DNA from: Candidatus Omnitrophota bacterium
Lineage (GTDB): Bacteria > Omnitrophota > Gorgyraeia > B26-G9
Assembly: GCA_043805415.1 (NCBI GenBank)
Contig: JAZDHZ010000036.1
Coordinates: 4,194 to 68,193 of the forward strand
Length of the DNA stretch: 64,000 nt
Direction of reading: 5' to 3'
The notes beneath the pieces are model-generated. The model saw only the letters and a program-made list of their open reading frames with translations, did not search any database and was not told the origin of the DNA. Position 1 is the first letter of the stretch. Every line of letters begins with the position of its first letter. Made by a program: the position numbers and the translations under genes. This document shows, one piece after another, positions 58,244 through 64,000 of the stretch.

Positions 58244-58519
58244 TTATCCAGTTATTTCAATTATCGATTTTTCTGATAATTCTTTTAGAAAAATCTCAAC
58301 ATCTTCTTGTATTTGCCAAGGCGGAGCATCATACTCTGCTTGGATTTGTTCGAGCAATTCTTTCTGCTTTATTGGATTTTCAATCAATTGCCAGATTCTT
58401 CCTCCTACACCTTCGAGAATATGCATTTTTCTAGTTTGGCTTGTTACTACAATAATATTCTCTTCAACCTGCTGCCAAGCTGCTTGGCTGTTCCGCACTA
58501 TTGTTTTTGCTGATTCCAT
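58244..58519 (-). CDS. PqqD-family protein (RiPP recognition element-like peptide chaperone).
   Basis: The 91-aa length and the pattern ...AAWQQVEENIIVV...MHILEGVGGRIWQLI...ELLEQIQAEYDAP...EDVEIFLKELSEKSII fit the PqqD fold signature. Confidence 0.68.
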   Translation of the reverse strand: MESAKTIVRNSQAAWQQVEENIIVVTSQTRKMHILEGVGGRIWQLIENPIKQKELLEQIQAEYDAPPWQIQEDVEIFLKELSEKSIIEITG

Positions 58520-59285
58520 TAATTATCCTCCTAAGATCAAAATTGAATAAATCAACCCTATATCCGCGAATACAATCGCATACAGACTTAACCTGATTGA
58601 TTAACTTCTGATTAGATTCATCATCCCAGGCAAAAAAGAAAATATTTGCCAATAGATTAGAAAACGTTTCCATTTTACTTAAAACCCTAAAACCATTAGG
58701 TATATTTTTACTTAAAAATGATATCATCTGCAAATAAACACATTGACTTGATATTGGCCCATCAAATTCACCTTTAAACGGAGTTGAAAAAAGATAAACC
58801 TTGCCATTCACGTGTCTGATAATAACTAGTTCATCACTCAGAACTTGAAAATCTTTGGCCATTTTTGCTGTGGTTGTTTTCCCGCTTTCTGATGCCCCGG
58901 CAAATAAATAACCATTATCTTGGCAAGCCAGCCCAACCGAATGCACAAGAAAACCATTATTTTCTAATAATACAACGGAATAAAATACCCGTAAAAAACA
59001 ATTAAAAACCCCTGCTAAATCAGCTAAATGCACTTTTGCGGTCTTATGCTCCACATTTATGCTGCCGATAAACTCATCGCCTTGTACTTTAAACACCGCT
59101 TTTTTTTTAAAAACACTGATTGAATCTATTTCTTGAGGGGTATAATCATGGATGACTTCAATTAAAAAATAATCACTGCTGTCTTTGGCTTGGACAAATG
59201 CGCTAAATTCCTGGGCGATTTTTTTAATAAAATCAAGATCGTCACTTTTGATTTTTAAGCATATCCCGCCAATTGATAAATACAT
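58464..59285 (-). CDS. HprK-related kinase-like P-loop protein (HPr kinase C-terminal-domain-like), a family often clustered with PqqD and radical SAM genes.
   Basis: P-loop AGASESGKTTTA and the ~270 aa length. The 56-nt overlap with pqqD suggests translational coupling or a later start. Confidence 0.62.
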   Translation of the reverse strand: MYLSIGGICLKIKSDDLDFIKKIAQEFSAFVQAKDSSDYFLIEVIHDYTPQEIDSISVFKKKAVFKVQGDEFIGSINVEHKTAKVHLADLAGVFNCFLRVFYSVVLLENNGFLVHSVGLACQDNGYLFAGASESGKTTTAKMAKDFQVLSDELVIIRHVNGKVYLFSTPFKGEFDGPISSQCVYLQMISFLSKNIPNGFRVLSKMETFSNLLANIFFFAWDDESNQKLINQVKSVCDCIRGYRVDLFNFDLRRIINGISKNNSAEQPSSLAAG

Positions 59286-59312
59286 AGATGAGCTCGCTTT
59301 GCTTTTAATAAC

Positions 59313-60470
59313 TTAGACCCCAATAAGCTTAAACATTTTTCTGATTCCGTATAAGCTCATTGCGAAAAATCGCTTTAAATAATGCCAGAATGTTATTTTT
59401 TCAACTGCTAAATGAAAAAATTGCTTATCAATAAATATTGACTGCCAAAGGCATTTTAGTTTAGCAATAAATCCTTTTTTTGAAAACAAATAAAGCAGTT
59501 CTCCAGAGACATCTCTTCGTCTATTGTGCATTAACATATCTAGTGACCTTTTCTCAAAACTATTTAGTTTCAAGCATGAGAATTCCTTAATTAGCTTTTG
59601 AGGAACAGGCAAAATTCCATTAGCATCCAGATATTTTAATATGTAAAAAACAGGCTTTTCCAAACCATACTGCCGGGATTTTAAAACTAACTTATCCCAA
59701 TCAAAGTTATCTTTGCAATCAGATATAAGATTGCGAATATCATAAAACCAGATCAGCCTTGAAAATGAATGCTCTTGTAAATGCGCGCAACAATTAATTA
59801 CCGCGTCGTAAACTGATAAGGTTTTCACATAAACACTATTGCTTTTAGAAGCAATTGCTTCCAGCCAAATAACCGTGTTTTTTATATTTGGAGAATAAGG
59901 ATTTTGCGCTAATTTGTAAGAGCAGATATAATCCGCATGTAAATCAATAAATAAAGCACTATTATCAAACAAGTAGGGATAGCCTTTCGGGTGCTGATAT
60001 CCCAGACTTTCCAGTAAATTTTTAACTTTAGATATATCCTCTTTATGAATAACCAGATCCACATCACTCATACTTCGACTGCCCAGGGGATATATTCTAT
60101 TCAAAAAATCAGCACCCCGCAGTAATAATACCGCTATTTGATGCTCTTCAAAAGCTTGGATCACATTTTCCAGATGCGTAGTAATTAATAAATTTCTACC
60201 AAGATTACGCATATAATTCTGTTTAATTTCATACAATACCCATTCAGGCAATTTACTATTCAGCCCCCATTTACTAAGGTTATCAAACAATAAGCCATCA
60301 ACTCCTTCGGCAAAAACCTTTTTTAAAAACAAATGCCAGTTAAAATAAGGCAGATTAACTCGGTCTATTGCCTGTTGACAGTCAGAAGGATTGCGCAAAC
60401 AAGCAATAAGCATCTTGTCTATGGCCGCGGCAGAATTTACAGCATTTCTATAAATATTCATATTATTCAA
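59313..60470 (-). CDS. NTP_transf_5-family (uncharacterised nucleotidyltransferase) protein.
   Basis: LLLRGADFLNRIYPLGSRSMSDVDLVI matches the characteristic G-x-R-x-M-x-D-x-D-L-L-V core. ~385 aa. Confidence 0.65.
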   Translation of the reverse strand: MNNMNIYRNAVNSAAAIDKMLIACLRNPSDCQQAIDRVNLPYFNWHLFLKKVFAEGVDGLLFDNLSKWGLNSKLPEWVLYEIKQNYMRNLGRNLLITTHLENVIQAFEEHQIAVLLLRGADFLNRIYPLGSRSMSDVDLVIHKEDISKVKNLLESLGYQHPKGYPYLFDNSALFIDLHADYICSYKLAQNPYSPNIKNTVIWLEAIASKSNSVYVKTLSVYDAVINCCAHLQEHSFSRLIWFYDIRNLISDCKDNFDWDKLVLKSRQYGLEKPVFYILKYLDANGILPVPQKLIKEFSCLKLNSFEKRSLDMLMHNRRRDVSGELLYLFSKKGFIAKLKCLWQSIFIDKQFFHLAVEKITFWHYLKRFFAMSLYGIRKMFKLIGV

Positions 60471-60473
60471 TTC

Positions 60474-60956
60474 TTAGGTTTGTCTTTGATAAGATAAAAA
60501 AGAGATTAAGCCTCTGACTATCTTTCTTAGCAGTCTTATCGGAATATAAAGAAAAGCTCCTATAATCATAAATCTCGAGATCAAAAAACCAGAGCGTCTT
60601 GCAGAATTAGTATCTAATCTTATTCTTTTCCTACCACTTTTTTTTTCAGCCACTTTCCCGATTAAATCTTGTTCGCGAACCGGCAAGTCAGGAAAAATCA
60701 AAGCATCTGCTTTGGTTTGAAAACTAGCCTTGTTGATTTTAAAAACCCGATGACAAAGCATCCGGCTTCCATTATAAGTTAAAACTATTTCTCCCACAGC
60801 AAGTTGTTCGACTCGGCAAGGAACAAGCTGGATAATATCCCTGCTTTTTAAAAAAGGATACATCGAATTGCCAATAACTGTTATCTGAAGATTACCTTTT
60901 CTTAGGATATCACGCTTATATGTTTCTGCCCGCGCAGCCTGAATAGCATTTTCCAT
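60474..60956 (-). CDS. S24/S26-family serine peptidase (signal peptidase I / LexA-like catalytic domain).
   Basis: VIGNSMYPFLKSRDIIQLVP Ser-nucleophile motif, a later Lys, and a C-terminal hydrophobic helix. Confidence 0.6.
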   Translation of the reverse strand: MENAIQAARAETYKRDILRKGNLQITVIGNSMYPFLKSRDIIQLVPCRVEQLAVGEIVLTYNGSRMLCHRVFKINKASFQTKADALIFPDLPVREQDLIGKVAEKKSGRKRIRLDTNSARRSGFLISRFMIIGAFLYIPIRLLRKIVRGLISFLSYQRQT

Positions 60957-60958
60957 TA

Positions 60959-62359
60959 TTATTTAATATATACTTTTATTGCCGCTTTTTTCTTATAGTC
61001 ATCGACCCATTGCTGGTACATATCATACTGTTTGATCATTTTTACTTTTTTAAGGTAATCCGCTTTTTTATTCTCAAATTCAGCTGGATCAGCCTTGCGG
61101 ATTTTCATTATTTTAAACACTCCATAGCCTTTATAAATCGAAGCCGGGGGATAAAATGCTCCAATTTGTTCATCGAGCATTTTATAAGCATCTTCTTTAG
61201 TAAAACCCCACATATGGATAAGAAAATCCAGCGCCACAAATCCCGGAACTTTAAAAGATCCAGGATCTTTTCTTTTTTCATCTTCCCAGAAACCAGGCAC
61301 TCTCCCTGACGCTGCATAAAATTTCTTTGCTTGGCTTTCCGAACCGAATCTCAGAACATCCGCTCCGCCTTCGGCAAATGTGTCAAAAAAGAAATTATAA
61401 GCAATCGCTACGGTTCTATTCTTTTTTAGAAAATCAGCATATTTCGATTTATCAACAATTTCCGGCTGCTCTTTTGCCGCTATTTTGCGCATTAGTTCAT
61501 CGCTTGTGGTAAAACCAGTAATATATTTTCTGAAATCAGCCGGTTCTACGCCAAATTTGTCCTTGATCCACTGATTATACTTATCAGTTTCCTCTTTCCA
61601 TTTAAAATTCACCTCATTATCGCGTAATAATCCCTCTATTGCTTTATCCACATCCGCGTCTTGCGCTTTGAATTTACGAATTCCTGCTTCATAAGAATAA
61701 ACCAGATCATTCCAAATTAAGTCATCATTCGCTTTTTGCGTAACTGGAATTATAGACTTTTCATAAAACTCTTGAGCTTGTTCTTTATCATCAAACTGCT
61801 TTAATTCAACCATAAGCGTATTGTACTCATTAAGAAACTTGTCATAAGCCTCTTCGTCTGACACTTCCGGATTAAAACCATCAATTATCTGATTTCTAAG
61901 TTTTTCCAGCTTTACCAAATGCTCCATCTGATTGCGAAAAACTTCCACTGGCTCGCCTAATTTTTCTTTAACCCATTGCTGATACTTTTCTTTATCGACT
62001 CTAAAGCTAAAATCAACCTTATTTGTTTGCAAAATCTTCTCGATTTCTGAATCTATCTCATTATCCGTTACAGTAATTCCCCGGTTAAATGACTCATAAG
62101 AAAAAAGCAGTTCTTGCCAAACAAGCTCTTCAAGCTCTGCTTCATCCTTGGGCGAGCCTCTCCATTTAGCGCCAAATGTCATTACTACCCTTTTAGCAAA
62201 ATAGTAATTCCCGACTGAAACTGGCACGCCAAAAAACTCACCCGCAACTTGAGATTCTTCATCCTGAGCATTCTGAGCTAAAACACTAGTGATATTGATT
62301 GTAGTTATTAGACAAATTGCTAAAAAACAAGCAATCCCGTTGCGATATGATTTACCCAT
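60959..62359 (-). CDS. Secreted protein with two SurA-N-terminal-like chaperone-type modules. Hypothetical.
   Basis: Signal peptide. Duplicated segments ...KYQQWVKEKLGEPVEVFRNQ... and ...KYNQWIKDKFGVEPADFRKY.... Confidence 0.45.
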   Translation of the reverse strand: MGKSYRNGIACFLAICLITTINITSVLAQNAQDEESQVAGEFFGVPVSVGNYYFAKRVVMTFGAKWRGSPKDEAELEELVWQELLFSYESFNRGITVTDNEIDSEIEKILQTNKVDFSFRVDKEKYQQWVKEKLGEPVEVFRNQMEHLVKLEKLRNQIIDGFNPEVSDEEAYDKFLNEYNTLMVELKQFDDKEQAQEFYEKSIIPVTQKANDDLIWNDLVYSYEAGIRKFKAQDADVDKAIEGLLRDNEVNFKWKEETDKYNQWIKDKFGVEPADFRKYITGFTTSDELMRKIAAKEQPEIVDKSKYADFLKKNRTVAIAYNFFFDTFAEGGADVLRFGSESQAKKFYAASGRVPGFWEDEKRKDPGSFKVPGFVALDFLIHMWGFTKEDAYKMLDEQIGAFYPPASIYKGYGVFKIMKIRKADPAEFENKKADYLKKVKMIKQYDMYQQWVDDYKKKAAIKVYIK

Positions 62360-62541
62360 AATAATCCCTCCTTAGAAAACTAACTTGAACCGCCCTATTC
62401 AAAAAATCTAAATCTTTATTGTGCTTTATTTTATCATACATCGTAATATTTTTTCAAGTCATATTAGAATAAGAAATATTGCTGCTCTGGGATAAAAAAA
62501 CATCTCTTGACTGCTAATTCGCTATCTGCTAATTTAATTAA

Positions 62542-63333
62542 ATGAGTAATTCAGATATTATACAAGTCAGGAATGTCGAGAAATCTTTCTTTCCCGTGCT
62601 AACTCTAGGGGATATCCTGGGAATTAGACTAAAAAGAAAACCGCCTGTTAAAGCTTTGGAGGATATCAGCTTTCAGTTAACTGCCGGCAAAATATTAGGC
62701 ATTCTCGGACCAAACGGAGCGGGTAAAACCACTTTATTAAAATGTCTTTGCAATTTAATTATTCCGGATAAAGGCACAATACTTATCGATCAATATTCTG
62801 GCGATAAATACCCGGCTAAAATAAAATCCCTGATTGGTTTAGTGGACAATGAGGAACGAAGTTTTTATTGGCGCTTAAGCGGCATGCAAAACCTAGAGTT
62901 TTTCGCTGCTTTGTACGGGTTAAGCCCTAAACAGACAAAACTTAGGATCACTGAGCTTTTATCTATTTTCAATATAGATTTCATGCTCAAACGTTTTGAT
63001 ACTTACTCGACTGGAATGAAAAGAAAGCTTTCGCTATTAAGAGCAATCATCCACAAACCTAAAATACTTTTAGTTGATGAGCTGACTAAAAGCCTTGATT
63101 TTGATACAGCCTTAAGCTTATATAAATTTATTAAGAATTTAAGCAATAATGGCACGACGATTATCTTAACCAGTCACAATATTCCTGAAGCAGAAAATCT
63201 CTGTAATACATTCATGCTGCTGGTGAAAGGAAAAATCTCAGCCATGGGCAATCTTGAAGATTTACGCCGGAAATTTAAAACCGCAAACGCGTCCTTAACT
63301 GATATTTACAAGATGGTGATGGAAAATGCTTAG
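62542..63333 (+). CDS. ABC transporter ATP-binding protein (ABC-2 exporter type).
   Basis: Walker A GPNGAGKTT, signature TGMKRKLSLL, Walker B LLVDEL. Confidence 0.88.
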   Translation: MSNSDIIQVRNVEKSFFPVLTLGDILGIRLKRKPPVKALEDISFQLTAGKILGILGPNGAGKTTLLKCLCNLIIPDKGTILIDQYSGDKYPAKIKSLIGLVDNEERSFYWRLSGMQNLEFFAALYGLSPKQTKLRITELLSIFNIDFMLKRFDTYSTGMKRKLSLLRAIIHKPKILLVDELTKSLDFDTALSLYKFIKNLSNNGTTIILTSHNIPEAENLCNTFMLLVKGKISAMGNLEDLRRKFKTANASLTDIYKMVMENA

Positions 63334-64000
63334 AAAAATTTTCGCGCTGCTTAAAAAAGATTTTTTACTGGAATCAAGCTATAAATTAGCTTTTATTATG
63401 AATATTTTCAGTGTCTGCGCGTCGCTGTTAATATATTTCTTTATTGATAAATTATTTGGTAACAATATGAACAAATACTTGGAAAAATTTGGGGTGAATT
63501 ATTTTTCTTATGTTTTATTAAGCATGGCTTTTTTCAGCTATATTGGAGTCGGAATCGGATCTTTTTCATCCCGGATTCGATTTGAACAATTACAAGGAAC
63601 GCTCGAATCCCTGTTCCTAACGCCCACAAAAACTGAAGTAATCCTATTAAGCATGACCATCTGGAATATTATCTTTGCCACAATAGATGTTATAATCTAT
63701 TTTATTTTTGGTGTATTTTTATTTAAAATAAATTTTAGCAGCATTAACCTAGTCTCGACATTTACCACACTTGTTTTAACTATTATTTCTTTCAGCAGTT
63801 TGGGAATTCTTTCAGCTAGCTTTATTTTAATTTATAAAAGAGGCAATCCCACAGCATGGTTAATCAGTACTTTAGAGGGTGTGGTTGGCGGAGTTTACTT
63901 TCCGATTAGTGTTTTACCAGGGTATTTGCAAATAGTTGCGCATTGTTTGCCGGTGACTTATGCGATCCGCGCCATAGAACTAGCGGTTTATCAAGGTTAT
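63326..64000 (+). CDS. ABC-2 family transporter permease (partial; continues beyond the window).
   Basis: The frame is open from ATG 63326 (8-nt overlap with the ATPase stop) to the window end. Translation MLRKIFALLKKDFLLESSYKLAFIMNIF... contains multiple TM helices. It is absent from the ORF track because it has no stop. Confidence 0.72.
   Translation, partial: MLRKIFALLKKDFLLESSYKLAFIMNIFSVCASLLIYFFIDKLFGNNMNKYLEKFGVNYFSYVLLSMAFFSYIGVGIGSFSSRIRFEQLQGTLESLFLTPTKTEVILLSMTIWNIIFATIDVIIYFIFGVFLFKINFSSINLVSTFTTLVLTIISFSSLGILSASFILIYKRGNPTAWLISTLEGVVGGVYFPISVLPGYLQIVAHCLPVTYAIRAIELAVYQGY

Overview
This is an AT-rich (~35-38% GC by eye) bacterial window with dense, mostly minus-strand coding. Its content is consistent with a candidate-phylum-type genome such as Omnitrophota, but the lineage cannot be confirmed from sequence alone. 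The dominant feature is a roughly 19 kb giant surface-protein gene (33695..52640, minus strand). Two ORFs of 4286 and 2057 aa meet at a C5 homopolymer and look like one gene of about 6340 aa broken by a single frameshift. The protein has a signal peptide, more than 30 Ig-like repeats of about 119 aa, FN3-like modules, an embedded MshQ-like DUF2341+LamG module and a C-terminal PQQ-type beta-propeller. Immediately downstream and co-directional are a PQQ beta-propeller protein, PilV/PilW-like minor pseudopilins and a PilX-like protein. This arrangement resembles a PilY1-plus-minor-pilin tip-adhesin module on a very large scale. Upstream of the giant gene lie a sigma-54 -24/-12 promoter, an NtrC-type response regulator with its histidine kinase, and an IS200/RAYT-like HUH-Y1 domain protein fused to a DnaA-C-like HTH and flanked by 29 bp palindromes. 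A second HUH-Y1 domain protein (3596..4753) is fused to a transmembrane helix and an extracytoplasmic domain. It is followed by a small secreted protein and a second, partial giant repeat protein (1..3030), an arrangement similar to ToxR/ToxS. The window also encodes a T2SS/T4P-like machine: GspE, GspF, GspI/J/K-like pseudopilins and an ExeA-like ATPase on one side, and ParA, a GspL-like PilM/N fusion, PilO, PilP and a secretin on the other. Other content includes a glycan/LPS-type cluster (WecA, LmbE, WbqC, GT4, radical SAM/SPASM) and a Zur-ZnuABC zinc-uptake locus. A RiPP-like cluster (radical SAM/SPASM, PqqD, HprK-related kinase, NTP_transf_5, S24/S26 peptidase, ABC-2 exporter) has no identifiable precursor peptide. 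Non-coding signals include a dispersed composite heptamer-repeat element in three copies, one carrying a variable-number tandem repeat. A shared GTCACCNGG direct-repeat motif sits upstream of two pilus operons. A sequence resembling the 23S rRNA sarcin-ricin loop lies in the znu 3' region. There is also a clear Rho-independent terminator. No tRNA, rRNA gene or CRISPR array was recognised.
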